A DNA stretch of 64,000 nucleotides from Polyangiaceae bacterium (GTDB taxonomy: Bacteria > Myxococcota_A > Polyangia > Polyangiales > Polyangiaceae): positions 32,001-96,000 of the forward strand of contig JBILLK010000022.1 of the NCBI GenBank assembly GCA_044376115.1. Direction: 5' to 3'. Below, piece after piece: positions 29,812-39,788 of the stretch. The first letter of the stretch is position 1. Each line of letters begins with the position of its first letter. Made by a program: the position numbers and the translations under genes. Under the pieces are notes generated by a model. The model did not search any database, was not told the origin of the DNA, and saw nothing but the letters and a program-made list of their open reading frames with translations.

Positions 29812-30354
29812 TCAGAAAGCAAACGTTAGCGTGGTTCGCCCGGCGGAGAACAGAGGGGGCTCGCTCCCCAGCGCAACCGCCGGTCCATCGAGGCTGACGC
29901 TGACGAGGTAGGAGCCCGTCACGACCAGGACGATGCCCCCGCCGATGCCGGATACATACGTCGCCACGCGCGCGAGTTCGGACATGGCGTCATCGTCCAC
30001 GGCGCCCAGCGCGATCGGCGTGGCGATCGCCGCGCCCAAGCCGAGCACGATGTTGATCCAGCCGAACACCTGCTTGAAGGCGCGACCATCCGACCGTGGC
30101 TCGACGGCCACCCGATCGCTGGGCTCACGGCCGCAGCGCCTCGCCGCTTGATCGAACTCACAGCGCAGGCCGTGCTCGCGGCAAGCGCGTGAGGCCGCAC
30201 AATCCGCAACGCTCGTCGCGACGCAGCGTTCGCCCTGCAGCGTGCAGCGCCCATATTGCTCGCAGGCCTCACTCGCTCGGCAACGGTCCGCGGCCTGGGC
30301 GTGAGCTGCAGCAGGGAGCAGCGCGAGTGCGAAGCTGACGAGCCAAAGCCGCAT
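29812..30354 (-). CDS. Exported protein with Cys repeats and two C-terminal hydrophobic helices
   Basis: Signal peptide ending AHA; CxxSxAC..xG.C repeated twice; ends in F. Confidence 0.7.
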   Translation of the reverse strand: MRLWLVSFALALLPAAAHAQAADRCRASEACEQYGRCTLQGERCVATSVADCAASRACREHGLRCEFDQAARRCGREPSDRVAVEPRSDGRAFKQVFGWINIVLGLGAAIATPIALGAVDDDAMSELARVATYVSGIGGGIVLVVTGSYLVSVSLDGPAVALGSEPPLFSAGRTTLTFAF

Positions 30355-30375
30355 GCGCCAAAGCCTACTGCACTA

Positions 30376-33120
30376 TCAGGCAGCTTTCAGCGCCGAGCGA
30401 GCACGCAGACGACCGATGGCTTTGACGAGCTCGACGACAGCGACCGGGGCGAGCGCCGCGACGGTGATCAAGCCCCAATCGGTCGCGCTCAGGAGGGTGG
30501 TTCGCAACACGTTGCGCAGAGGCGGCAGGAACACCGCTGCAACTTGCAACAGCACACAGATCGCGGTCGCTCCCCACAACCAAAGGTTGCTGAAGAGCCG
30601 AGCGCTGAACAGCGACTGGCGCAGCGATCGCGCATTGAAGGCGTGAAATACCTGGGCGAGCGCGAGGGTCATGAATGCCATCGTCTCGGCATGGCGCAGA
30701 CCAACGCCTTGCTCGCCGTACCAGCGCATCCCCAACGCAAAGGCCGCCAGCGTAGAGCCGGCGAGAAGCCCACCCTGCCACACGATCAGCCAGCCGAAAC
30801 GCGCGGTCATCAGCGGCTGTTTCGGATCGCGCGGCGGCACCTTCATCACGCCCTCGGCGGAAGGCTCGAGCGCGAGCGCCATCGCCGGGAAGATGTCGGT
30901 CACCAGGTTGAGCCACAAGATCTGCATCACGCCGAGCGGCAGCGGCCAGCCGACCATGATCGCGACGAAGATGGTGGCGATCTCGGCGAGGTTGCTCGAG
31001 AACAGGTAGTGGATGAAGCGCACGATGTTGTTGACGATGATGCGCCCTTGCTCGACGGCCCCGACGATGGTGGCGAAGTTGTCGTCGGTGATGACCATGT
31101 CAGCGGCGTCCTTCGCGACCTCGGTGCCACGGATGCCCATCGCGATACCGACGTCGGCCTTGCGCAACGCCGGCGCGTCGTTGACCCCGTCGCCGGTCAT
31201 CGCCACCACGTGACCGGCGCGTTGCAACGCCTCGACGATGCTGAGCTTGTGCTCGGGCGATACGCGAGCGAAGACCGCGGCCTCGGCGACGATCGCCTGC
31301 CAGCCGGCGGCGTCGAGGTCCTTGAGTTCGCGCCCGTTCACGGTGCGCAGCAGCGCGCCTTTCGTGTCGCGGTCGAGCCCGAGTTGCCGAGCGATCTCGC
31401 TGGCGGTGGCCTGTTGGTCGCCGGTGATCATCACGGTGCGGATGCCGGCCTCGCGGCAGATCGTGATGGTGCGCTCGGCCTCGTCGCGCAGCGGATCGAT
31501 CATGCCGACGAGCCCGACGTAGACGAGCTCTCGGGTGAGGTCTTGATCGCTGAAGCCTTCGGGTAGCTCGCGGTAGGCAAGCCCGAGCACGCGCAAGGCC
31601 GCGGCCGCGAGCTGCTGGTTATCGGTGCGAGCCTGCTCGCGAGCCTCAGCCGAGAGCGCGACCACGCCCTCCGCTCCGAGCAGCGAACCGCTGGCCGCCA
31701 ACACCGCCGCAGGCGCTCCCTTGACGTAAGCGACGCTGTGTCCGCAGGGCGCTGTATGCACCGTGACCATCTGTTGGGTCTCGCTGCTGAAAGGCAACTC
31801 GCGCGTGCGCGGGCAATCGCGCTCGAGTTCGGCTCGCTGTAGGCCGGCCTTCTCCGCCACCACCGTCAACGCCGCTTCGGTCGGGTCGCCCAAGACCACC
31901 GCGCTGCCCTTGGAGCGATCGAGCTTGGCGTCGTTGCACAATGCGCCGATGCGCAAGGCGACGCGCAGCGGCTCTTCGCTCGCGGCCGCAAGATCGAGCA
32001 TGGCCTCTGCGCAGCGGAAGTCGCCCTTCGCCGCGTAGCCGGTACCGCTTACGTCGATCCGTCGCGCAGCGAGCACGAAGCAGCGCACGGTCATCTCGTT
32101 GCGCGTCAAGGTGCCGGTCTTGTCGGTGCAAATGACCGTCGCCGAGCCCAGCGCTTCCACGGCAGGCAGGCGGCGCACCAGCGCGTGCATACGAGCCATG
32201 CGCTGCATCCCGACGGCCAGCGTCATCGTGGTCACCGCGAGCAGCCCCTCGGGCACGGCGGCGATCGCTAGCGAAACGCCGACCTCGACCATGAACAAGA
32301 ACGGATGACCGCGCAGCCAACCGACCAGGATGATCACCACGCACAGCACCAGCACGACCACCAGCAGCGCTCGGCTCAGCTGCGCGAGCTTGGCCTCGAG
32401 CGGCGCGCTGCGTTCGCCGGCCTGCTCGAGCAACCTGCCGATCGTGCCCATCTCGGTGCGCATCCCCGTCGCGGTAACGACGAACGCCCCGCGACCTCCG
32501 GTGACCGCGGTCCCGAGATGCACCATGCTCAGCCGCTCCGCGAGCGGGGCTTCGCGGTCAGCGATGGGAGCCGCTGATTTGGCAACCGGGAGCGACTCGC
32601 CAGTGAGCGCCGATTCGTCGAGCTGCAGCTGAGCGTCGTCGATGATGCGGCCATCGGCTGGAACCCGATCGCCCGCAGCGAGCAGCACCACATCGCCTTG
32701 CACGAGCTCTTCGGCGTTGAGACGCCGCTCCTCGCCCTCGCGCAGCACCCGAGCGTGGGTGACAGCCTGTTTACGCAGCGAAGCCAACGCCTTCGCGGCC
32801 TTCCATTCAGTCGCAAATCCAATCAGTGCGTTGAGCGCGATCACCACCAGGATGGCGATGGCCTCGACGATCTCACCGAGCACCAGCGCGACGCCGCCGG
32901 CCGCCACCAGCAAGAGCACGATCAAACTCTTGAACTGGTTCATCACGATCGAGAAGGCCGAGCGTTGCTTGGCCTCGTCGAGCGTGTTGGGGCCGTCCTG
33001 TTCGAGCCGAGCGGCGGCCTCGCCTGCGCTTAGCCCTCGCGCGAGATCGACCTTAAGCTGCGCGGCGATCGAGCCGACAGGGTCCGAATGCCACGCCTGG
33101 GCGTCGGTGTTACCCGGCAC
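30376..33120 (-). CDS. Cation-transporting P-type ATPase (P2A, Ca2+-type)
   Basis: LTGES, AVPEGL, DKTGTLT, KGAP, MITGD, MTGDGVNDAPAL, NLVTD; GTG start at 33120 inferred. Confidence 0.95.
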   Translation of the reverse strand: MPGNTDAQAWHSDPVGSIAAQLKVDLARGLSAGEAAARLEQDGPNTLDEAKQRSAFSIVMNQFKSLIVLLLVAAGGVALVLGEIVEAIAILVVIALNALIGFATEWKAAKALASLRKQAVTHARVLREGEERRLNAEELVQGDVVLLAAGDRVPADGRIIDDAQLQLDESALTGESLPVAKSAAPIADREAPLAERLSMVHLGTAVTGGRGAFVVTATGMRTEMGTIGRLLEQAGERSAPLEAKLAQLSRALLVVVLVLCVVIILVGWLRGHPFLFMVEVGVSLAIAAVPEGLLAVTTMTLAVGMQRMARMHALVRRLPAVEALGSATVICTDKTGTLTRNEMTVRCFVLAARRIDVSGTGYAAKGDFRCAEAMLDLAAASEEPLRVALRIGALCNDAKLDRSKGSAVVLGDPTEAALTVVAEKAGLQRAELERDCPRTRELPFSSETQQMVTVHTAPCGHSVAYVKGAPAAVLAASGSLLGAEGVVALSAEAREQARTDNQQLAAAALRVLGLAYRELPEGFSDQDLTRELVYVGLVGMIDPLRDEAERTITICREAGIRTVMITGDQQATASEIARQLGLDRDTKGALLRTVNGRELKDLDAAGWQAIVAEAAVFARVSPEHKLSIVEALQRAGHVVAMTGDGVNDAPALRKADVGIAMGIRGTEVAKDAADMVITDDNFATIVGAVEQGRIIVNNIVRFIHYLFSSNLAEIATIFVAIMVGWPLPLGVMQILWLNLVTDIFPAMALALEPSAEGVMKVPPRDPKQPLMTARFGWLIVWQGGLLAGSTLAAFALGMRWYGEQGVGLRHAETMAFMTLALAQVFHAFNARSLRQSLFSARLFSNLWLWGATAICVLLQVAAVFLPPLRNVLRTTLLSATDWGLITVAALAPVAVVELVKAIGRLRARSALKAA

Positions 33121-33502
33121 GCGGCGCCCGAAGGGCGTCGGTTCGCCGGAAGTACCTTTTTGCATACGCGAGGAACTGCCCGTCGGTGGGATGGTCCTGC
33201 GTCGCGATGCCGACGACGCGCCGCTCGGGAGCCAGCTCACGCTGGTGCACGAACTTGAGCAGCTCCCGCTTCGCAGTGGGCGGCCCGACGATCAGCACCT
33301 CTTTGGCGCCCTCGAGGCCGCGCGCTACCTCGTGAAGAAATAGCCTGGCCGCCTCCGGTTGTGCGCCCGTTGTGGGCGGAGCTTGCCTTTCGTGCAGGTC
33401 GTGCAGCGGCGCCGCGACGCGCCTGGCTTCAATGCGGTCGGCTTCGATGTCGAAGATCCGAGCTTCCTTGTGATCGATCCAAACAGCGACATGCTTCGTC
33501 AT
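33110..33502 (-). CDS. Small bacterial eRF1/aRF1 domain-2-like protein
   Basis: VAVWIDHKEARIF...FLHEVARGL..AKEVLIVGP..AK.EL...DHPTDGQ pattern; recognition by eye. Confidence 0.65.
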   Translation of the reverse strand: MTKHVAVWIDHKEARIFDIEADRIEARRVAAPLHDLHERQAPPTTGAQPEAARLFLHEVARGLEGAKEVLIVGPPTAKRELLKFVHQRELAPERRVVGIATQDHPTDGQFLAYAKRYFRRTDALRAPRAG

Positions 33503-33542
33503 CGTGACGGTCTCCCAATCGGTGGGTGCACTGCGTTCGTAG

Positions 33543-34287
33543 TCATCCGAGCGTTACGCCCAGCAAGCGTCCAATCAGCGCGGTCACCAGCATGGCCAAC
33601 GCTCCGCCGAGGGTGACGCGCAAGGCGGCTCGGCCGGGTGCAGCGCCACGAGGTATCCGCCAAACGCCCCGAGCGCCGCCAAACTCAACAGCGAAAGCGA
33701 CGCGATCGTCGCAATTCGCAGGCTGGTGGGGGCGAGCAGCAGGGCGGCAATCGGCACCAGGGCGAAGGAGCCAAAGCTCGCCGCCGAGATCCAGGCCGCC
33801 TGCACCGGGCGCGCGAGCGAGGTCGGATCGAGGCCGAGTTCGTCACGCATATGCGCGCCCAGCGGGTCGCGGGCGCTCAGCTGCTGGGCGACCTGCAGCG
33901 CGAGATCCTTTTCGACACCGCGCTTGACGTAGATCAACGCTAGCTCCGAAAGCTCTGCGGCCGGCGTTCTCTCAGCTCGCGCGCCTCGCGCTCGACGTCG
34001 GCTCGTTCGGCGTCCCTTTGCGAGCTGACCGAGACGAACTCGCCGACGGCCATCGACATCGCGCCGGCCACCAGCCCAGCGACGCCAGCGACCAAGATCG
34101 CCTCCTTCGAAGCGGCGGTGGCAGCGACGCCGATCATCAGACTGGCGGTGGAGACGATCGCGTCGTCGGCGCCGAGCACCGCGGCGCGCAGCCACGCCGC
34201 GCGGCCGCTGCGATGACCTTCAGCCTGCGGCTGTGCGCGCAGCGAAGCGACGCTCTTTCCGTTACCGGTGCGTGCGAAGGCGGCCAC
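33543..34287 (-). pseudogene. VIT1/CCC1-family Fe/Mn transporter with two 1-bp frameshifts
   Basis: WLRAAVLGADD, AGAMSMAVGEFVSVSSQRD, HMRDELG; adding one G near 33973 and one near 33649 restores a full frame ending RAALRVTLGGALAMLVTALIGRLLGVTLG. Confidence 0.85.
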
Positions 34288-34290
34288 GAA

Positions 34291-34569
34291 TCACGAGGCG
34301 GCGGCGGGAGGTCGGGCCTCTAGCTGCGTGATGATCTTGTTCCAGGTGTTCTCGTGCACGGCCTTGCGCGGCAACACGCGCCCCATCGACTCGGCGTGGC
34401 CTTTGGCACGCTGTACGCCTTGTGCGAGTTGCTTCAGGTCGACGTATTCATCGCCGTCCGCGAGCCCGGTAGCAGTCTCCGCGGTGCTCACGCTGGCGAC
34501 CTCGGCGTCCGAAAGGAGCTTCATGATGCTGTCCCGCGTGAGGTAGTCGTTGCGACTGTCGTTCTTCAT
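34291..34569 (-). CDS. Small hypothetical protein
   Basis: MKNDS...TRDSIMKLLSDAEVASVSTAET...VLPRKAVHENTW; first gene of the apparent operon. Confidence 0.7.
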   Translation of the reverse strand: MKNDSRNDYLTRDSIMKLLSDAEVASVSTAETATGLADGDEYVDLKQLAQGVQRAKGHAESMGRVLPRKAVHENTWNKIITQLEARPPAAAS

Positions 34570-34769
34570 AGGCTCGCCATCAAGCAAGACGGGGGCCGCG
34601 CGAGCCGACGCTCGGGACGCGGAGAATTGCCTGGTTTGCGCGCCAGACTGCAACCGGGCCAGACGCCGAGGACGAACGACGCTGTCAAAGTGATGCTGCC
34701 GCACCACCCTTTTGAAGGAGTGCGCGCCACGATGGAACCCGTGGGCGGCGATCGAGCGCGCCCGACCAG

Positions 34770-34785
34770 CGGCTCACAACCTGCA
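34770..34785 (+). promoter_or_regulatory. Possible sigma54 promoter for the hemerythrin gene
   Basis: CGGCTCACAACCTGCA, GG-N10-GC spacing, 53 bp before the ATG; weaker match. Confidence 0.4.
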
Positions 34786-34838
34786 ATCAACAGGGCGCTA
34801 CGCAACCTGCGTCCTGAACATGAGGTTCCACGAGCCGT

Positions 34839-35321
34839 ATGAAGCCCACACAGCATGAACACTTCTCTGACCTGCTCTCGCATGACCACGCGCGGCTCGA
34901 CGCCATGCTCAGCTCGCTGCTCGAGCTCACCCATGTGAACGCTCAACCAGCGCTCGACGTGCAATGGGGGGCCTACGAAACGAGCCTGCTCGCGCACCTC
35001 GACGCCGAAGAGATGTTCCTCCTTCCCGGGCTGGCCAAACAGGATTCGTTGCACGCCGATCGTATTCGGGCGGAGCACGCAAAGATCCGTGAACTCTTGG
35101 CCGAGGTCGGCGTAGGGCTCGAGCTGCATCTGGTGCGCGAGTCCCAAATGCTCGAGCTCGCGCGCTTTCTCCGCGAGCACGCGAAGATGGAGCAGGAGCC
35201 GCTGTACAGCTGGGCCGACCGTGCGATCGCTCAGAGCAGCTTCGCGTTGGTCCGCAATCGTCTGCGCGACACCTGGCGCCGATTGCGCCCCGCGTCGACG
35301 CCGCCGCGCGCGCAGCTGTAG
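34839..35321 (+). CDS. Hemerythrin (HHE) domain protein
   Basis: DHARLD, HLDAEE..LLP, EHAKI, HAKMEQ..LY. Confidence 0.85.
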   Translation: MKPTQHEHFSDLLSHDHARLDAMLSSLLELTHVNAQPALDVQWGAYETSLLAHLDAEEMFLLPGLAKQDSLHADRIRAEHAKIRELLAEVGVGLELHLVRESQMLELARFLREHAKMEQEPLYSWADRAIAQSSFALVRNRLRDTWRRLRPASTPPRAQL

Positions 35322-35327
35322 CGCGCG

Positions 35328-36062
35328 CTAGCGAAAGCCGAAGAGCACGAAGCCGAAGACGCTCGGACCGGCGACATCCCGCGTGAGTTGCCGGGCGATC
35401 GGCGATCCTTCGACCACGCGATAGTTCGCGCCGACGCCGAACCGGGTCTGATTCACCGTCTCCGCCTCGAGCGTGAACTGCGGGGCGACGATCAGCACCT
35501 TCGCTGCCGGATAGGGCTCAGTCGCGTCGATCTTGTAGCGCAGGTTCCCGACCCCGACGAACAGCGACGCGACGGGCTGCATGAGTGCACGAGGCAAGAG
35601 CAGCGCACCGAAGAAGCCGCCGGCACCGAGCGCGTCGCGCTGCGCGTTGGCCGGGACGCCATCGGCCGTGGCCAGCGGAAGCTGCCGGGCCAAGCCGAAA
35701 CCGCCACCGCCGAGCAACAAGCGCTCGGCGAGCACGTGTCCACCGTAGCCGCCGCGCACGTCGGAGGAACCCCCCGCCAGCTCAGTGAAGACGTACGAGT
35801 GGACCGGCGGTCGCGGTGCGCGTGGGGTCGTGGTCAGTCGCAGACAGCCGTCACACTCAGGCGAGCGCAAAGGGAGCGGCACGCTGGCCCACTCCGTCGC
35901 GATCGAGCGTTGCTCAGGTGGCAGCGGCTCGTCGAAGGCGTCGCTGGTCGCCTCGACCTGCGCAATCCCGACCGCCCGCGGCTCGGCCGCGAAGACGCTG
36001 GCCGGGCCGACGACCGCCATCGCGCAGAGTGCCCAGAGCGGAAGGCGCTCGCGATGGTTCAT
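35328..36062 (-). CDS. Putative outer-membrane beta-barrel protein
   Basis: Signal peptide, Gly/aromatic amphipathic strands, C-terminal FGFVLFGFR. Confidence 0.6.
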   Translation of the reverse strand: MNHRERLPLWALCAMAVVGPASVFAAEPRAVGIAQVEATSDAFDEPLPPEQRSIATEWASVPLPLRSPECDGCLRLTTTPRAPRPPVHSYVFTELAGGSSDVRGGYGGHVLAERLLLGGGGFGLARQLPLATADGVPANAQRDALGAGGFFGALLLPRALMQPVASLFVGVGNLRYKIDATEPYPAAKVLIVAPQFTLEAETVNQTRFGVGANYRVVEGSPIARQLTRDVAGPSVFGFVLFGFR

Positions 36063-36069
36063 GCTCGAG

Positions 36070-36549
36070 CTAGCTCTTGTCGACCAAGTCTTTGAGTACG
36101 TCCCACTGAGCATCCAGCTCCTTCTTGGCTTGATCCCACGTGGTCGCGGTGGTGGCCTCGAGCGAAGCGTGCGCGGCTGTATAGCGCTCGCGAGCGGAGT
36201 GAATGTTGATGAGCGAGGCGTCGAGGTCGGCCTTGCTCTTGCCCTTCAGCGTCTTCTGCTTCGCCTCCAAGCCCGCGATATCGAGGTCGAGATCGGCGAG
36301 CGCGAGGCTCGTCGAGTGACGGTAGTCATTGCGCATCTTGGTGAAGGCTGTCTGCGCTTCGGTGATCTTCACGTTGGCCTCGTCTTGCGAGACGCGGTTC
36401 TTCTCTGCACGCTCGGCGTCAGCATCCGCGATCTCGTTATCCGCGGTGCGCTGTGCGTTGGTCGCCTTGCTTTGCTCGGTGGTGGTGCGACAAGCAGCGG
36501 AGGAGACAAGAACGAGGGCGACGAGGCTCGTGAGCAAACGATGATTCAT
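36070..36549 (-). CDS. Coiled-coil lipoprotein
   Basis: SAAC lipobox; helical, ending TWDQAKKELDAQWDVLK. Confidence 0.8.
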   Translation of the reverse strand: MNHRLLTSLVALVLVSSAACRTTTEQSKATNAQRTADNEIADADAERAEKNRVSQDEANVKITEAQTAFTKMRNDYRHSTSLALADLDLDIAGLEAKQKTLKGKSKADLDASLINIHSARERYTAAHASLEATTATTWDQAKKELDAQWDVLKDLVDKS

Positions 36550-36602
36550 ACGTTTTCCTTGGTAAGGGCTCCGCTGAAGGCGGATGCAGCTACGCAGCGC
36601 AG

Positions 36603-36618
36603 TGCATCCGCCGTGCCG
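36603..36618 (-). promoter_or_regulatory. Sigma54 promoter candidate
   Basis: Minus strand CGGCACGGCGGATGCA, GG-N10-GC, 53 bp upstream of the ATG at 36549. Confidence 0.55.
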
Positions 36619-36742
36619 GAGAACGCAGCGCCTCGCTGCTGCGGAGCGGCGCCCCGCGCGTGGGATCCGCCTCTCGCCTCCGTGCGCTGGCGCTCAGGTG
36701 AGACAGCCTTGCTGCCACACCCGGCGAGCGCTGCGCGCAGCT

Positions 36743-37306
36743 TCACTCACTGCCTCGAAAGCCAGCCGACACTCGCCCATCATTGGCTCTGCGGAGCGCG
36801 CGCAGCTCGTCGCTCCGGCGCCCCCCAAGGAGATGCTTGTGGACGACCTGACCGTCGTGTCGTTGAAGAATGTGGCGCGCGCGCTCTGCACCGTCGTGCG
36901 AGCTTCGCTCCACGCTCACCAGCACGCATCCGCGCTTGAGGCAGGCCGTCAGGTCGTGAAGCATCGGGTCGGACTGACTTGAGCCGGCAAAGAGGGCGGT
37001 GATCACCCCCGCGAGCGCACCGCCGAAGGTGGTCAACGCGAGCAGACCGACCGAGCCATCGGTTACCGCTACCGCGGTGAGACCAATCATCAAACCGAGG
37101 ATGGAACCTCCCGCGCCGAAGCGCGCGATCATGCGCGAAAGCCCTGTCTCGAACAGCAAGAGTTCGGAGCTTGGCAATTCGTCCAGCCGGCCTCGATGGA
37201 GGACGACCGAACCGGCTTGGTCCTCCGAGCCTACGAGCTCGAGTTCGGCGACGGCGCGGGTAGCGTTGTTGGGATTCTCGAATAGCGCAAACATGGAGTG
37301 GGACAT
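36743..37306 (-). CDS. Membrane protein (general stress protein-like)
   Basis: N-terminal FALFE..NATRAV, Gly-rich TM hairpin, C-terminal GCVLVSV...ARHILQRH. Confidence 0.65.
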   Translation of the reverse strand: MSHSMFALFENPNNATRAVAELELVGSEDQAGSVVLHRGRLDELPSSELLLFETGLSRMIARFGAGGSILGLMIGLTAVAVTDGSVGLLALTTFGGALAGVITALFAGSSQSDPMLHDLTACLKRGCVLVSVERSSHDGAERARHILQRHDGQVVHKHLLGGRRSDELRALRRANDGRVSAGFRGSE

Positions 37307-37317
37307 TCACTTAGGCG

Positions 37318-37333
37318 AGCAAAGCGCGCGCCA
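37318..37333 (-). promoter_or_regulatory. Sigma54 promoter candidate
   Basis: Minus strand TGGCGCGCGCTTTGCT, close to the TGGCAC-N5-TTGC consensus. Confidence 0.55.
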
Positions 37334-37342
37334 TTCGCGCGG

Positions 37343-38080
37343 CTAGTTGCCGCTGGCACCACCGCCGCCCGATGAGCCGCCGCCACCTCCACCACCGCCA
37401 AAACCGCCGCCGCCACCGAAGCCGCCACCGCGACCGCGGCTAGCGACCGAGAGCACGCTGCCGAGCAGCCAAAACACCGCCGAGCGCGACGAACGTGGGA
37501 TCAACGCGAGCAGGAACGCGCCCACCGCAAGCAGCAACACCCAGGGGAAGCCTTGCTTCGGCGCTGAGCTGGGGGGTGCGGTTACGCCTGCTCCAAGCTG
37601 GGCTTCGATCGCCTGGGTCGCCACCTCGGCCGCCTGCGTCACATCGCCCTCGCGCAGCACCGCCGAAATGCCACGCAGGATCTCCGCCGCCTGCAGATCG
37701 GTGAGCTCGCCGCCAACGCCTTTGCCGGTCTCGATACGCGAAGCATGTTCGAGCTGCGCGAGCACGAGTAGCACGCCATCGTCCCGCTGACGGTCGCCCA
37801 CGCCCCAAGCGTTGAAGGCGCGGTAGGCGAGGTCCTCAATCGGCTCACCGTCGAGCGTGCGTACCGCGTACACCACGATCGCGAAGCCGTGAGCCCGCTT
37901 CACCTCGGCCAAGCGCTGCTCGAGCTCGGCCTGCGCAGCGCTCGCGATCAGGTCATCGGGATCGACGACGTAGCCAACCAGCGGCGGCAGAGCGCGCTCG
38001 GCCTGGACGATGCCAGGGGTGACGAGCGCCCCCAGGGTCCAAGCGGTGATCAGCGCAACCCACGCGAACAGGCCTTTCAT
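37343..38080 (-). CDS. TPM-domain (YgcG-like) membrane protein
   Basis: WGVGDRQRDDGVLL, RIETGKGV..LTD, TM helix, GGGGSSGGGGASG tail. Confidence 0.9.
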   Translation of the reverse strand: MKGLFAWVALITAWTLGALVTPGIVQAERALPPLVGYVVDPDDLIASAAQAELEQRLAEVKRAHGFAIVVYAVRTLDGEPIEDLAYRAFNAWGVGDRQRDDGVLLVLAQLEHASRIETGKGVGGELTDLQAAEILRGISAVLREGDVTQAAEVATQAIEAQLGAGVTAPPSSAPKQGFPWVLLLAVGAFLLALIPRSSRSAVFWLLGSVLSVASRGRGGGFGGGGGFGGGGGGGGSSGGGGASGN

Positions 38081-38085
38081 GGCCG

Positions 38086-38697
38086 TTAGAAGGACACGGC
38101 GGGCGCTGCTTGTACGTCGGCGCTGGTGGCATAGAAGACCTTGGGCGCGAAGGCTTTGCCGGTGGCCTTGTTCACTACTTGACCGCGCACCCGGCCGATC
38201 GCCGCGTTGTAGGCGCTGACGGCAGCGTTGTATTCCTCGCGCGCGCGCAGTAGCCGGTTCTCCGTTCCTTCCAGCTGCACCTGCAGATCGCGGAAGCTCT
38301 GATTGGCTTTCAGATCCGGGTACTGCTCCTGGACCACCAAGAGGCGTGAAAGCGAGTTCGAGAGACCTTCTTGGGCCCGTTGGAAGGCGAGCATCTTGGC
38401 CGGATCATCGAGATCCTCGACGCTGAGCTTCACGCTGGTTGCCAGGGCTCTCGCTTGAATCACCGCCTCCAGGGTGCCTCGCTCATGCGCGGCAGAGCCC
38501 TTCACCACCGCGACCAACTGCGGCACGAGATCATGCCGCCGCTGCAACTGGGCCTCCACGTTTGCCCAGCGCTCCGCCACGATCACCTCTTTTTCCACGA
38601 GTTCGTCGTAGCTCGAGCAATTCGTCAGCAGCGCGATGGGAACTGCGACGAGAACCGCGAGCACGGTTCGAACGAAAAATCCGAGGGATGTCGACAT
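38086..38697 (-). CDS. lemA: LemA family protein
   Basis: WANVEAQLQRRHDLVPQLV, YPDLKANQSFRDLQVQLEGTENR. Confidence 0.92.
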   Translation of the reverse strand: MSTSLGFFVRTVLAVLVAVPIALLTNCSSYDELVEKEVIVAERWANVEAQLQRRHDLVPQLVAVVKGSAAHERGTLEAVIQARALATSVKLSVEDLDDPAKMLAFQRAQEGLSNSLSRLLVVQEQYPDLKANQSFRDLQVQLEGTENRLLRAREEYNAAVSAYNAAIGRVRGQVVNKATGKAFAPKVFYATSADVQAAPAVSF

Positions 38698-38756
38698 GAG
38701 AGCCTCCGCTTGCTTCACGAGGTAGCTGCGCGCAGGGGCGCGCAGCCGCGTTGGCC

Positions 38757-39044
38757 TCACGGGACGACCTGCCCACACAACCCGCCGCAATCGAAGGCCC
38801 CTTCGACGCAATCCTTGCCGTCGAGGCAGTTCTCACAGGTCGAAACATCGTCGGCAAAGACGTCGTTATCGGCGTTCTCTTCACAACGATTACGACACAC
38901 GTCGACGTCGAACTCCGGGTCGAAGCAGTCTTGGTACTTGTCGCAGATGTTTTGACAATCGGTGAGCACATCGATCGCGTTGCACGAGGCGAACGAGATC
39001 AGCGCGACGAATCCAAGCGATAGACAACCTGCAATGCTTTTCAT
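38757..39044 (-). CDS. Small Cys-rich lipoprotein
   Basis: FASC lipobox; CQNICDKYQDC...CRNRC...CENC. Confidence 0.75.
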   Translation of the reverse strand: MKSIAGCLSLGFVALISFASCNAIDVLTDCQNICDKYQDCFDPEFDVDVCRNRCEENADNDVFADDVSTCENCLDGKDCVEGAFDCGGLCGQVVP

Positions 39045-39210
39045 GCAAACGCTTGAGCATGAATCAGGCCGCCGCTGCAGCGCTCGCAATCTGCCGCATC
39101 CGACTCTAGCGGACCGCGCCAGCGTGCAACGCCGAGATCAAAGTCAGTCGTTCGAGCCAACGAGGCCATCGATTTGATGGCAGCTCGGCGCGACGTTGAA
39201 CCGTTCGCCA

Positions 39211-39252
39211 CGGGCCTCGTGTGCGCGATCCCATCGCACTTCACGCGGCCCG
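39211..39252 (-). terminator. Long imperfect hairpin downstream of 39267..39713
   Basis: CGGGCC..CGTG..GCGAT-CCC-ATCGC..CACG..GGCCCG; no U-tract. Confidence 0.4.
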
Positions 39253-39266
39253 CGGACAACACGATT

Positions 39267-39713
39267 TCAGTTGATGGTGAACGAGTAGTCGCGGCCGTCG
39301 GTGCAGGAGTTGCCGAGACGATCGAACTCCTGCGAGACCTCGTCGCCCCAGCCTCCAACCTTGTCGTTCTTGAAGAACACCTTGAACGTGAGCTTGCTCC
39401 CTTCCGGGGCGTGCTGCAGTTTCTGGTTATTCCAGGTGTGGTGGCCGCCGTTCTTTCCGATCTCGGTGTCTGCGAGGTCCTCCGAGTGCGCCGTGCCCTT
39501 CCCGTCAATCCTGTAGCTGATCTTGGTCACCTTGATCTGGTCGCTCTTTTGGTTGATGACCTTGATGTCCACGTTGTTGCAGCTGGTGCCGAGCTCGACC
39601 GCATCGCCGACGTCCGCGTCAGACGCTGATGAGGAATCCAAGACCATGGGCGCGCCCACAGACGTACCGATACCGAAGACACCGAGAAGACCCAGGACGA
39701 CGAACTTGATCAT
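39267..39713 (-). CDS. Secreted beta-rich protein
   Basis: Signal peptide, two Cys, Lys-rich strands, AAGGAG RBS. Confidence 0.75.
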   Translation of the reverse strand: MIKFVVLGLLGVFGIGTSVGAPMVLDSSSASDADVGDAVELGTSCNNVDIKVINQKSDQIKVTKISYRIDGKGTAHSEDLADTEIGKNGGHHTWNNQKLQHAPEGSKLTFKVFFKNDKVGGWGDEVSQEFDRLGNSCTDGRDYSFTIN

Positions 39714-39788
39714 GACGTAGTGCTCCTTGCTGAACGCGGGATTGGGGACGCGACCTGCGGCTCCGTTTCATCCCGTCGAGAGCCCTTC

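Noticed and set aside
28926..29911. ORFs crossing the 53-bp array
   Set aside because: All three frames cycle through the same three peptides, as expected for a non-triplet repeat.
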